Origin: an uncultured Verrucomicrobiota bacterium
Lineage (GTDB): Bacteria > Verrucomicrobiota > CALLYA01 > CAYNBQ01
Reading direction: 5' to 3'
DNA: 61,253 nucleotides
Assembly: GCA_964395275.1 (NCBI GenBank)
Contig: CAYNBQ010000008.1
Span: 1 to 61,253, forward strand
This document shows, one piece after another, positions 10,046-18,863 of the stretch; positions within the stretch are counted from its first letter, which is position 1; each line of letters begins with the position of its first letter. The position numbers were made by a program, and so were the translations under genes. Under the pieces are notes generated by a model. That model did no database searches. It had not been told where the DNA came from and worked only from the letters and a program-made list of their open reading frames with translations.

Positions 10046-11200
10046 ATGGACCGGACGCTGAATATCGGTCTGATCGGTTACAAGTTCATGGGGCGGGCGC
10101 ATTCGAACGCGTACCTCAACGTCTCGCGGTTCTTCGACCTGGAGGCGCGGCCGGTGATGAAGGCCGTTTGCGGCCGGACGAAACGCAGCGTGCGCGCGTT
10201 TGCGCGGCGCTGGGGATGGGAGTCCGTGGAAACCGACTGGCGACGGCTGGTGGAGCGCGACGACATCGACGTGATCGACATCACCACGCCGAACGACTCC
10301 CATGCGGAAATCGCCGTCGCCGCGGCGAAGGCCGGCAAGCATGTGCTGTGCGAGAAGCCCCTGGCGATGAACGTCGCCGAGGCGAAGAAGATGGTCGACG
10401 CGGTCAAGAAGGCCCGCGTGGTGAACATGATCTGCCACAATTACCGGCGGGTGCCCGCCGTCGCCCTGGCTCGAAGGCTCATCGAGGAGGGGCGCCTCGG
10501 CACGATCTACCATTTCCGGGGCGTCTATCTGCAGGACTGGATCGTCGATCCCGAGTTCCCCCTGGTCTGGAGACTCCAGAAGGAAAAATGCGGATCGGGG
10601 GTTCACGGCGATCTGAACGCGCACATCATCGACCTCGCCCGGTATCTGGTCGGCGAGATCGCCGAGGTCTGCGGCCTGGAGAAGACCTTCATCAAGACGC
10701 GTCCCCTGCCGAAGGAGACCTCGGGGCTTTCGGCGAGGAAAAGCGCGAAACGGGGCCGGGTGACCGTGGACGACGCGACGCTTTTCCTGGCTCGGTTCCG
10801 CTCGGGCGCGGTCGGTTCGTTCGAGGCGACCCGCTTCGCTCTGGGCCGCAAGAACGGGCAGCGGATCGAGATCAACGGCAGCAGGGGATCGATCGTCTGG
10901 GAACTGGAACGTCTCAACGAGCTGCAGTTCTACAGCGAGGAGGATCCGGAACACGTCCGGGGATTCCGAACGATCCTGGTGACGGAACCCGTGCACGAAT
11001 ATGCCGGGGCCTGGTGGCCTCCGGGGCACATCATCGGTTATGAACACAGCTTCGTCCACACGGTGGCGGACTTCCTCAATGCGGCGGCGAGTCGCAGGAA
11101 GGTGAAACCCGATTTCGTCGACGGTCTGCGGAATCAGCAGGTACTGGAAACGGTGACGAAATCGGCCCGGACACGGCGGTGGGAGAAAATTCCGAAGTAG
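10046..11200 (+). CDS. Gfo/Idh/MocA family NAD(P)-dependent oxidoreductase
   Basis: IGLIGYKFMG, AGKHVLCEKP, GDLNAHIID; AAGGAGG RBS. Confidence 0.92.
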   Translation: MDRTLNIGLIGYKFMGRAHSNAYLNVSRFFDLEARPVMKAVCGRTKRSVRAFARRWGWESVETDWRRLVERDDIDVIDITTPNDSHAEIAVAAAKAGKHVLCEKPLAMNVAEAKKMVDAVKKARVVNMICHNYRRVPAVALARRLIEEGRLGTIYHFRGVYLQDWIVDPEFPLVWRLQKEKCGSGVHGDLNAHIIDLARYLVGEIAEVCGLEKTFIKTRPLPKETSGLSARKSAKRGRVTVDDATLFLARFRSGAVGSFEATRFALGRKNGQRIEINGSRGSIVWELERLNELQFYSEEDPEHVRGFRTILVTEPVHEYAGAWWPPGHIIGYEHSFVHTVADFLNAAASRRKVKPDFVDGLRNQQVLETVTKSARTRRWEKIPK

Positions 11201-13326
11201 AAAACGAACTCCGGGAAGCTCCGGAAGGTCCGCGCGGCGTTTCGATCTCCGTCGAAGACGAGGCGATCGGGCGTTTCCGCAGGCTTGCCTCGGTGCTGCT
11301 GGCCTGTTCGGGAACGGAGCGGTGCGTGCTGGGGCTGCGGCACGCGGACGGCCGGTGGGATCTTTTCGCGGAAGGAAGGGGGGGATCCTGCGCCGCCTCC
11401 GGGATCGAAGAATGGAGGGAGATCGGATCCGCGGAGGAATGCCCCTGGTGGGAGGCGTACCGTTACGGCGACACGGCGAAGGGGCGCTGCGGCTGTCGCC
11501 ACGGTGGATCGGCGCCCGCGGCGCGAACCGTCTGCGTCGCTTCGCCGCTGGTCGTCGGCGGCATCGTCTGGGGAATCCTGCTCTGCGAATATGATCCCGA
11601 CGCGGGGACCGACGAGTTCCTTCTGGTCTCGATGGTCCGTTCCTTCGCCGGGGTGATCGCGGAATCGCTGCGGAGCCGGCCGGCGATCCTCCGCCGGGAT
11701 TTCGATCCCCGCGGCAGGGTCTTCCGCCGCACCGCGACAACGGGAATATCCCCGGATGCGGCCTTCCTGCGCCGGCTGCTGGATCTCGCCTGCGGCGCCT
11801 GCGGGGCCGACAGCGGCGGGCTTGCCCTGCTCGGCCCGGGGATGACCGAGATCATGGTCGTGGCCGAGTATCGGATCGGCTCCTGGATCCTCGGGTTGAA
11901 GGTGCCGCTGGAGAATTCGCACGCCGGACGCGCCTTCCGTGTCGGAGAGGCGATCGCTCTGTCCGGCGAAGAGATCCGGGGGAGCAGCGGCAGGATCGCC
12001 GGGCGGCCCCTCGAGGCGACGGCGGGCGTCCTGGTGCCGCTGCACGAGGGGGACCGGATCGAGGGGCTGATTCTTCTGCTCCGGCGCGCCCGGGACGAGT
12101 CGGACGCCGATTTCTCCGATCTCCAGATGCGGAGCATCCGGACGATCGGCCGGCTGTTGTCGTTGCTCCTGGCGCGCCAGTGGAATGTCCGGGAACGGGA
12201 GGAACAACTGCAGCTGCAGCGGCGGCTGGTCGAGGCGAGCGGCGCCGTGGCCTGGAACCGGTTCGACGCGAACCTGGATCTGGTGTTGAAACATGTGACC
12301 GAAATCGTTTGCACGGATTCGACGGTGGTGCTGCTGCGGCCCCGGGACGATCCGGGCGTGCTGGAGGTCATTGCAACCACGTACACGCCCGAACTGGTCG
12401 GCATGCGGATGCCGCTGGACCGGTCGCTGATCTGGAAAGGGGTCTGCGAGGGGAACGTGTCGATCTTCGGTGCGGAGCAGATCTACGCCCGCGGGTACGA
12501 ACGGCTTGTGAACCTGGGCCGGAAAGTCGCGGGAAGGATCGAAGATATCCTCTGCATGCCGATTTTCATGAGGGGCGAAGTGGAAGGGGCCTTCGTCCTG
12601 GTTCACAGGGAAGGCTCCGTCGAGAGGTTTCACGCGGGGCACGTGGAGGCGCTCCAGCCGATCGTGGAACAGGTCTCGGCGTTCCTGGCGAACTCGCGCC
12701 TGGTGGACGATCTGGACGAGAACCGCCGCCGGCTCCGCGTCCTGCTTCGTGAAACCCATCACCGGATCAAGAACAGCCTGCAGATGCTTTCCTCGATGAT
12801 CGACCTGGAGGAATCCCGGGCGGGGAAAGAGGGCCGTCCGGTGCAACTGGGCCCGATCCGGGACCGCATCCGGAGTGTGGCACGCATCCACGAGATCTTC
12901 TCGCAGGAGGCGGAGGATCGCGTCCCGCTGGGGACGATCCTCGGCGAGGTCGCGCGCGAAGTGTGGGGATCCGGGGAGATCGAGATCGACGTCGGATCCG
13001 GCGCGGACAGGATGCTGACCTCGGAGACGGCCGTGTCGACGGCCCTGATCGCCCACGAGCTGAGTCTCAACGCCCTGAAACACGGGGAAAGGGGGACCTT
13101 CCGCGTGCGGGCCGGGGAAACCGGGGGCTTCTGCGTGGTCAGCTTCGAAAACGGGGTTTCGCCGGGCGGGGAACCGCCCGGGGGCGGAAAGACGGGACTG
13201 CGGCTGGTTCGCGCGATCGCGGAACACGATCTCGGGGGAACGGTGGAATGGGGGATTTCGGGGGAGAAATTCCGTGCGACTTTGAAATTTCCCTGTACAG
13301 GGGAAAAGGGGGACAAGAAGGGATGA
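11179..13326 (+). CDS. multi-GAF sensor histidine kinase, HisKA_2 (PdtaS/EutW-like); start uncertain
   Basis: H-box LRETHHRIKNSLQ, RIRSVARIHE, N-box ELSLNALKHG; GAF-like segments (VLVPLHEGDRIEGLI, LCMPIFMRGEVEGAF); stop overlaps the next ATG. Confidence 0.82.
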   Translation: MGENSEVENELREAPEGPRGVSISVEDEAIGRFRRLASVLLACSGTERCVLGLRHADGRWDLFAEGRGGSCAASGIEEWREIGSAEECPWWEAYRYGDTAKGRCGCRHGGSAPAARTVCVASPLVVGGIVWGILLCEYDPDAGTDEFLLVSMVRSFAGVIAESLRSRPAILRRDFDPRGRVFRRTATTGISPDAAFLRRLLDLACGACGADSGGLALLGPGMTEIMVVAEYRIGSWILGLKVPLENSHAGRAFRVGEAIALSGEEIRGSSGRIAGRPLEATAGVLVPLHEGDRIEGLILLLRRARDESDADFSDLQMRSIRTIGRLLSLLLARQWNVREREEQLQLQRRLVEASGAVAWNRFDANLDLVLKHVTEIVCTDSTVVLLRPRDDPGVLEVIATTYTPELVGMRMPLDRSLIWKGVCEGNVSIFGAEQIYARGYERLVNLGRKVAGRIEDILCMPIFMRGEVEGAFVLVHREGSVERFHAGHVEALQPIVEQVSAFLANSRLVDDLDENRRRLRVLLRETHHRIKNSLQMLSSMIDLEESRAGKEGRPVQLGPIRDRIRSVARIHEIFSQEAEDRVPLGTILGEVAREVWGSGEIEIDVGSGADRMLTSETAVSTALIAHELSLNALKHGERGTFRVRAGETGGFCVVSFENGVSPGGEPPGGGKTGLRLVRAIAEHDLGGTVEWGISGEKFRATLKFPCTGEKGDKKG

Positions 13327-13916
13327 AGGTGCTGGTTGCCGAAGACGATTCCGTGACCCGGCTGGCGATGGCGGGGGTCTTGAGAGACGCGGGGTACGAG
13401 GTCGTGGAGGCCCATGACGGGCTGCAGGCGATCTCCGTGGCCAGGGAGGAAGAGCCGGACGCGCTGGTGATCGACGAACGGATGCCGGGATGCGGCGGAC
13501 TCGAGGCGGTGCGCGAAATCTGTCGCGAACGGAGGCTGCCGGTCCTGCTGGTGACCGCGTATACGGACAAGGCGACCCGTCGCAGCGCCGTCGAGGTCGG
13601 GGTTCACGGTTTCCTGGTCAAGCCGGTCAGCGGCCAGGAACTGTTGCCGGCCCTGGAGACGGCGTGTGCGGCGGCCCGCCGGGAGATGGACTTGACGGAG
13701 GAAGCGCAACGGGCCGGCCGGGCGCTTCGGGAGCGCAGGATCATCGACCGCGCCAAGGGGATCATGATGCGACGCGACGGGATCTCGGAGGAGGAGGCCT
13801 ACCTGGCGATCCAGCGGCGGGCGCGGGGGGAGAATCGCCGGATGGTGGACGTGGCCCGGGAGATTCTCCGGGAGGCCGGGGTGACGATTCCGGGCGAGAC
13901 GCACGGGGAGGCTTGA
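13323..13916 (+). CDS. REC-ANTAR response regulator (PdtaR/EutV-like)
   Basis: Receiver motifs VAEDD, IDERMP, VTAY, LVKP; ANTAR motif RERRIIDRAKGIMM...SEEEAY...MVDVA; ATGA overlap with the kinase. Confidence 0.92.
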   Translation: MKVLVAEDDSVTRLAMAGVLRDAGYEVVEAHDGLQAISVAREEEPDALVIDERMPGCGGLEAVREICRERRLPVLLVTAYTDKATRRSAVEVGVHGFLVKPVSGQELLPALETACAAARREMDLTEEAQRAGRALRERRIIDRAKGIMMRRDGISEEEAYLAIQRRARGENRRMVDVAREILREAGVTIPGETHGEA

Positions 13917-13942
13917 CTCCCGGCGGAAGCTTGCCCTACGTT
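13913..13942 (+). promoter_or_regulatory. possible promoter of the corrinoid-protein gene
   Basis: TTGACT-18bp-TACGTT. Confidence 0.4.
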
Positions 13943-14030
13943 GCGGCGATCCAGCGTGGACAATCAGGCCGGCGCGCACGGGGAATCCGGACCGTGCCCG
14001 GCCGTTCCCGAAGGGGGAGTGGAGGTAAAG

Positions 14031-14723
14031 GTGGCAGATATCGTTACGCCCGAGGAAGAGCAGAAATACTTCCGGGAGACGACCGGGATCCTGCGGGAGA
14101 TGGCCGAGGCCATCATTCAGGGAAAAGCGCCCCTGGCCCGCGAGCTGACCGAGAAGGCGCTGGCCGAGGGGATGTCGCCCGAACAGGTCTTGCAGGGGGG
14201 GCTGATCGCCGGGATGGGCGTGATCGGGGAGAGATTCAAGAACAACAAGGTGTACGTCCCGGAGGTTCTCATTGCGGCGCGGGCGATGAAATCGGGAATG
14301 GAGATCCTGAAACCGGCCCTGAGCGCTTCGGACGTCGAACCGGTGGCGACGATGGTCCTGGGGACCGTCAAGGGCGACCTCCACGATATCGGCAAGAACC
14401 TCGTCGGGATGATGATGGAAGGCGCCGGATTCGAAGTGATCGACCTGGGGATCAACGTCGAGCCGGAGAAGTTCATCAGCGCCGTCCGGGAACACAACGC
14501 CCAGCTCGTCGGAATGAGCGCCCTGCTGACCACCACCATGGTGGGGATGAAGACGACGATCGACGCGATGAAGGAATCCGGGATCTACGACAAGGTCCGG
14601 ATCCTGGTCGGCGGCGCGCCGTTGACGCAGGCCTACGCCGACGAGATCGGCGCCCACGGGTATGCGGCGGACGCCGCCTCCGCAGTGGACATCGCCCGCG
14701 AAATGGCGGGCGCGCCGGGCTGA
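14031..14723 (+). CDS. stand-alone corrinoid (cobalamin-binding) protein, methyltransferase cognate type
   Basis: GTG with GGAGGT; helical cap (GMGVIGERF...YVPEVLIAARAM); base-off DxHxxG motif GDLHDIGKN; GMSALLTTT; VGGAP. Confidence 0.93.
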   Translation: MADIVTPEEEQKYFRETTGILREMAEAIIQGKAPLARELTEKALAEGMSPEQVLQGGLIAGMGVIGERFKNNKVYVPEVLIAARAMKSGMEILKPALSASDVEPVATMVLGTVKGDLHDIGKNLVGMMMEGAGFEVIDLGINVEPEKFISAVREHNAQLVGMSALLTTTMVGMKTTIDAMKESGIYDKVRILVGGAPLTQAYADEIGAHGYAADAASAVDIAREMAGAPG

Positions 14724-14763
14724 TCGATCCCCCGCGGGCGGGGGAAGAAACGGCGCGGGATCC

Positions 14764-15594
14764 TCAGACGACGTCCTGGCGGGTCAGTTCCATCTCCAGC
14801 ATGTCGCCTTCCTTGGCGATCGACAGGATCACCTTGCGCAGCTCGGCGAGGTTCAGTCCCCGTCGAAGGGTCTGGTGGAACATGACGAAGAAATCCCGCC
14901 CGTCGATCTTCCGCACGGCGATCCGTCCGTAGGGGATCGTCAGGTTCCGCCGGAAGACCTGGTCGTATCGTTCCGGGGAGGCGGGGCCGCACTCGGTATA
15001 GACGTAGACGGTCGGTTCGCCTTCCTCGTCGGTCGTGTCGAAGGAGACGACGACCTGCTGGGACCGTCCCCGGTCCAGGGGAATCACGATCCGGTAGAGG
15101 CCTTCGTCGCGTTCGACGGTCGCGTTCGTGCCTTCCGTGCACCGGCGGATGATCTCTTCTTCGGACATCGTCGCCGTATCGGCCGAGCCGAGGGCGTCGA
15201 TATCCGGTCCCGGCCCCGGACTCGGGGCGGCGCCTGTGGCCATCCATTCCCGCCAGGCCCCCGGGTCGGGCGGCAGATCGATCTCCGTGCGGTCCTGCAG
15301 GAGCCGGTGGGCCTGCCCGCGGAGGGCCGGAAGGTTCAGGGCCTCGATCAGGGCCTCCAGCGCGGCGGGATCGTCGATTTCTGCCAGGGTCTGCAGCGCG
15401 CTCCACCGGACGCCTTCGATCGGATGCCGCAGGAGTTCCGCCAGGGCCGGGATCGCCGGGGTTCCGATCGACAGGAGTTCCCGGCGCGCCGCCGGCCGGG
15501 TCCGGAAATCGGCCAGCCGTTCCACGAGATCGGCGATCCACTTTTCGGCGTCGTTCGACGAATGGGCGTTGTCTCGGTCGCTTCGCGTGGCCAT
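14764..15594 (-). CDS. HEAT-repeat protein with C-terminal YbjN/T3SS-chaperone-like domain
   Basis: HEAT motifs AIPALAELLRHP..VRWSALQTLAEI; the C-terminal alpha/beta domain (GRSQQV, CGPA, RNLTIPYGRIAV, IAKEGDMLE) resembles the YbjN/CesT fold (inference). Confidence 0.65.
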   Translation of the reverse strand: MATRSDRDNAHSSNDAEKWIADLVERLADFRTRPAARRELLSIGTPAIPALAELLRHPIEGVRWSALQTLAEIDDPAALEALIEALNLPALRGQAHRLLQDRTEIDLPPDPGAWREWMATGAAPSPGPGPDIDALGSADTATMSEEEIIRRCTEGTNATVERDEGLYRIVIPLDRGRSQQVVVSFDTTDEEGEPTVYVYTECGPASPERYDQVFRRNLTIPYGRIAVRKIDGRDFFVMFHQTLRRGLNLAELRKVILSIAKEGDMLEMELTRQDVV

Positions 15595-15747
15595 CGCCGG
15601 CGTTTCTCCTGTTCTTCCGGGTTTCCCGCGCCCCCGGGAAGCGGGGCGCCGGGCGGTTCATCGTCCGGGATCAGTGAACCGCTTTGCGTCGAATCGGTCA
15701 AGCCGACCGCGGCCGGCGACCGGCGCGGAAGGGGGGCGCCATGGCCC

Positions 15748-15777
15748 TCGACGGGAGGGAATTCTCCGCGCTATGCT
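15748..15777 (+). promoter_or_regulatory. promoter of the amidase gene, possibly leaderless
   Basis: TCGACG-18bp-TATGCT-8nt-ATG(15786). Confidence 0.4.
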
Positions 15778-15785
15778 CCCGGGCG

Positions 15786-16784
15786 ATGAATCGATGGGGT
15801 ACGTCTTTTCTCACGGCGACGGCGGTCTGTGCCTTCCTCCTGGCGCCGCAGGAGGGGGCGGCCGCGACCGGTTGGGACCCGCCGGTCCTTCCCGCGCTCT
15901 CCCTGCGGGGAACGCGTTACGTCAGCGCCCGCTCGATCCGCTCCTTCTACGGGTTCCCGTCGATGCAACGCGGTCGGGAGCGGGTCGTCTTCCGATCGCG
16001 CTGGACGACCCTTTCGATGGAGGCGAAGGAACGCGTGCTGCGGCTCAACGGCGTGCAGGTGTGGATGTCTTCTCCGGCGGTCTGGCACCGGGACGATCTC
16101 TGGATCACCCGATCCGATTTCGAGAAGACGGTCGATCCGCTTCTGCGGGCGAGAATCCCGCAGACGATCCGCCGCTACCGGCACATCGTGATCGACCCGG
16201 GCCACGGCGGCCGGGACGAGGGCGCCCGGTCCGCGGGCGGTCTGAAGGAAAAGACGTTGACCCTCGACGTGGCGCGGATCCTGGCCTCGCGCCTTCGAAG
16301 GGACGGGATGAAGGTCACCCTGCTGCGGACCGACGACCGGGGCATGGAACTCTCGGACCGGACGCGGAAGGCCCGGGGATTGCGCCCCGATCTGTTCGTC
16401 TCGATTCACTTCAATGCGGCGCAGTCCCGCGGCGCCCGGGGGATCGAGACCTATTGCCTGACTCCCGCGGGAGCCGCCAGTACGGCCTCGAGCCGGCCGC
16501 AGAAGAAGAGTTACGCCGGCAACCGGTACGACCGGCAGAACATCCTGCTGGCCTACGAAATCCAGCGGGCCCTGGTCGGGGCCGTCGGGGGAAGCGACCG
16601 CGGGGTGCGGCGGGCGCGATTCTACGTGCTGAAGGAGGCGCCCTGTCCCGCCGTGCTCGTGGAACTCGGATTCCTGACCAACGCGACGGAGGCCTCGCGG
16701 ATCGCGTCGTCCTCGTACCGGACGCTGCTGGCGCGCGCCGTCGAAGCGGGGATCCTTTCCTTCCGGAAGAAACTGGCGCCCTGA
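15786..16784 (+). CDS. N-acetylmuramoyl-L-alanine amidase (Amidase_3)
   Basis: Signal peptide; IVIDPGHGGRD, EK, FVSIHFNA, PAVLVELGFL; alternative ATG at 15741. Confidence 0.9.
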   Translation: MNRWGTSFLTATAVCAFLLAPQEGAAATGWDPPVLPALSLRGTRYVSARSIRSFYGFPSMQRGRERVVFRSRWTTLSMEAKERVLRLNGVQVWMSSPAVWHRDDLWITRSDFEKTVDPLLRARIPQTIRRYRHIVIDPGHGGRDEGARSAGGLKEKTLTLDVARILASRLRRDGMKVTLLRTDDRGMELSDRTRKARGLRPDLFVSIHFNAAQSRGARGIETYCLTPAGAASTASSRPQKKSYAGNRYDRQNILLAYEIQRALVGAVGGSDRGVRRARFYVLKEAPCPAVLVELGFLTNATEASRIASSSYRTLLARAVEAGILSFRKKLAP

Positions 16785-16800
16785 AGCGGATCGTCCCCGG

Positions 16801-17649
16801 TCATCCGGAGGCCAGGCCGTCGAGGAAGGCCTCGGCGCAGTCGGCCAGGGCGGGACCGTATCCGCCCTCGAGCGAGGCGCAGAGGGGAACCCCGAGTTCC
16901 GCGATGCGCGCCCCGATCCTTCCGAAGGTTTCCACTTCGAGGCCCATGTCCGTGAGCGGATCCTCGCGGTGGGCGTCGAATCCCGCGGCGACGACCACGA
17001 GGCGGGGATCGGCCTCGGAGATCCACTCGATGCCCTCGTCGAGGGCCTCGAGGTAGGCCTCGGGACCGGTGCCCCACGGCAGCGGGAAGTTGCGGCAGTT
17101 GTCGCGGGATTCGAGGCCGGTGCCCGGGTAGAAGGGACTCTGGTGAAGCGAGAGGTAGAAGGTGCCCTCGCGCCCGTACAGGATGTTCTGGATCCCGTTG
17201 CCGTGATGGGCGTCGACATCGATCACGGCGACGGGGGAGACCGCCGGCAGGGCCTTCAGAACCGCGATGGCGATGTTGTTGAAATAGCAGAAGCCCATGG
17301 CCTTGCTCCGTTCGGCGTGATGACCCGGCGGACGCGTCAAGGCGAAGGCGATTTCCCCGTTCATGGCGATCTCCGCGGCCCGGATTGCGGCGCCGGCGCT
17401 GCGGCAGGCGTACTCGAAGATTCCCTGGATGGCGGGCGTATCGGGCCCGCCGGAGCGTCCCCGGCGCAGGGCCTGGAGGTAGGTCGGCGAATGGGCGAGC
17501 AGCAGATCCTCGCGCTGGGCGGGCTCCGGTTCCACGAAGGCGAAGCCCCGTTTGCGCAGTCGATCCCGCAGGGCCTTCACGCGCCAGGGGGCCTCCGGAT
17601 GTCCGGGAGCGTCGTAGTGGGGACATTCGGGCGGGAAAACGATCTTCAA
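16801..17649 (-). CDS. Zn-dependent histone deacetylase-family protein
   Basis: TTG start with GGAGGT; HPE, RPPGHHA, GFCYFNN, DVDAHHGNG, YPGTG, GFDAH..DPL, LEGGY. Confidence 0.92.
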   Translation of the reverse strand: MKIVFPPECPHYDAPGHPEAPWRVKALRDRLRKRGFAFVEPEPAQREDLLLAHSPTYLQALRRGRSGGPDTPAIQGIFEYACRSAGAAIRAAEIAMNGEIAFALTRPPGHHAERSKAMGFCYFNNIAIAVLKALPAVSPVAVIDVDAHHGNGIQNILYGREGTFYLSLHQSPFYPGTGLESRDNCRNFPLPWGTGPEAYLEALDEGIEWISEADPRLVVVAAGFDAHREDPLTDMGLEVETFGRIGARIAELGVPLCASLEGGYGPALADCAEAFLDGLASG

Positions 17650-17753
17650 GGCTGGCGGACCTCCGGGATGTCGGCCACACTTTACGATCACGGGGTTCGC
17701 GGACGCAAGGCGGCTTCCTTGACAAGAAAGGGAAACGGCGGCCCAATGGAGGG

Positions 17754-18863
17754 ATGATGGAGAGCGCTTCGGGGGAACGGACCGTTTCACTGGATCTGGG
17801 CGACCGCGCCTACGAAATCGTCGTGGGCGCGGGGATCGGCGGTCGGCTCACATCTTTCTGGACGCAGGAGATGGCCGGCCGCGATGCGGTGGTGATCACG
17901 GACGACCGCGTGGGCCCCCTGTACGCGGGGGCCGTGCGGGAACGGATCGAGGCCGCGGGGGCCCGGTCGATCCTGCTGCAGGTGCCGGCCGGGGAGACCT
18001 CGAAGTCCTTCGCCCGGGTGGAGGATCTCTGCGACCGGATGGCCCGGGCCCGGATCGGCCGGTCGGCGGCGGTGGTCGCCCTCGGCGGCGGGGTGGTGGG
18101 CGATCTGGCCGGGTTCGTGGCGGCCGTCTACATGCGGGGCGTCGACTTCGTGCAGGTGCCGACCACCCTGCTGGCGATGGTGGACAGTTCCGTGGGGGGC
18201 AAGGTGGCCGTCGACCTGGAGAGCGGCAAGAACCTGGCGGGGGCCTTTCACCAGCCGCGGTTCGTGCTGGCGGACCTGGCGATGCTGCGGACGCTTCCGC
18301 GCCGCGAATGGCTTTGCGGCGCCTCCGAGGTCGCCAAGTACGGGGCCATCATGGACGAGGCCTTCTTCCGGCGTCTCGAATCGCTGCCGGAAGGCCTCCC
18401 GGAAACGGGGGAGGAAGGGCTGGCCGGGATCGTGGCGCACTGCTGCGAGCTGAAGGCCGAGGTGGTTCGCGGGGACGAGAGGGAATCCGGGCGGCGGGCG
18501 ATCCTGAACTTCGGGCACACGATCGGCCACGCCCTGGAGAATCTTCTCGGGTACGGAAGGCTGCTGCACGGGGAGGCGGTCGCCGTCGGCATGTGCTGCG
18601 AGGCCGAGTTGGGACGGCGGATCGGCTGGACGGGCGGAGAGGATGTGCGGAGGATTCGGCGGCTCCTGGACCGGTGGGGTCTGCCGACGCGCATTCCCGC
18701 GGACGCGGATCCGGAGGCGCTGATCGACCGGATGCGCCGGGACAAGAAGGCGGCGGGAGGACGGATCCGCTTCTCGCTGCTGAAGGGGATCGGGACGTGC
18801 GAGGTGACCGGGGACCCGCCGGAGGATCTCCTCGGGGAGGTGCTGCGTGTCTGCCGTGAGTGA
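17754..18863 (+). CDS. aroB: 3-dehydroquinate synthase
   Basis: GETSK, LGGGVVGDLAGF, PTTLLAMVDSSVGGK, LNFGHTIGHALE, HGEAV; TTGACA at 17719-17724 upstream. Confidence 0.96.
   Translation: MMESASGERTVSLDLGDRAYEIVVGAGIGGRLTSFWTQEMAGRDAVVITDDRVGPLYAGAVRERIEAAGARSILLQVPAGETSKSFARVEDLCDRMARARIGRSAAVVALGGGVVGDLAGFVAAVYMRGVDFVQVPTTLLAMVDSSVGGKVAVDLESGKNLAGAFHQPRFVLADLAMLRTLPRREWLCGASEVAKYGAIMDEAFFRRLESLPEGLPETGEEGLAGIVAHCCELKAEVVRGDERESGRRAILNFGHTIGHALENLLGYGRLLHGEAVAVGMCCEAELGRRIGWTGGEDVRRIRRLLDRWGLPTRIPADADPEALIDRMRRDKKAAGGRIRFSLLKGIGTCEVTGDPPEDLLGEVLRVCRE

Noticed and set aside
11198-11200. Amber read-through (pyrrolysine) at the oxidoreductase TAG, prompted by the nearby corrinoid gene
   Set aside because: The protein is full length at the TAG, the kinase is in another frame, and no pyl or methylamine methyltransferase genes are in the window.
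13917-14030. Cobalamin riboswitch before the corrinoid gene
   Set aside because: The leader is short and I recognise no B12-box or core motifs; kept only as a generic structured leader.
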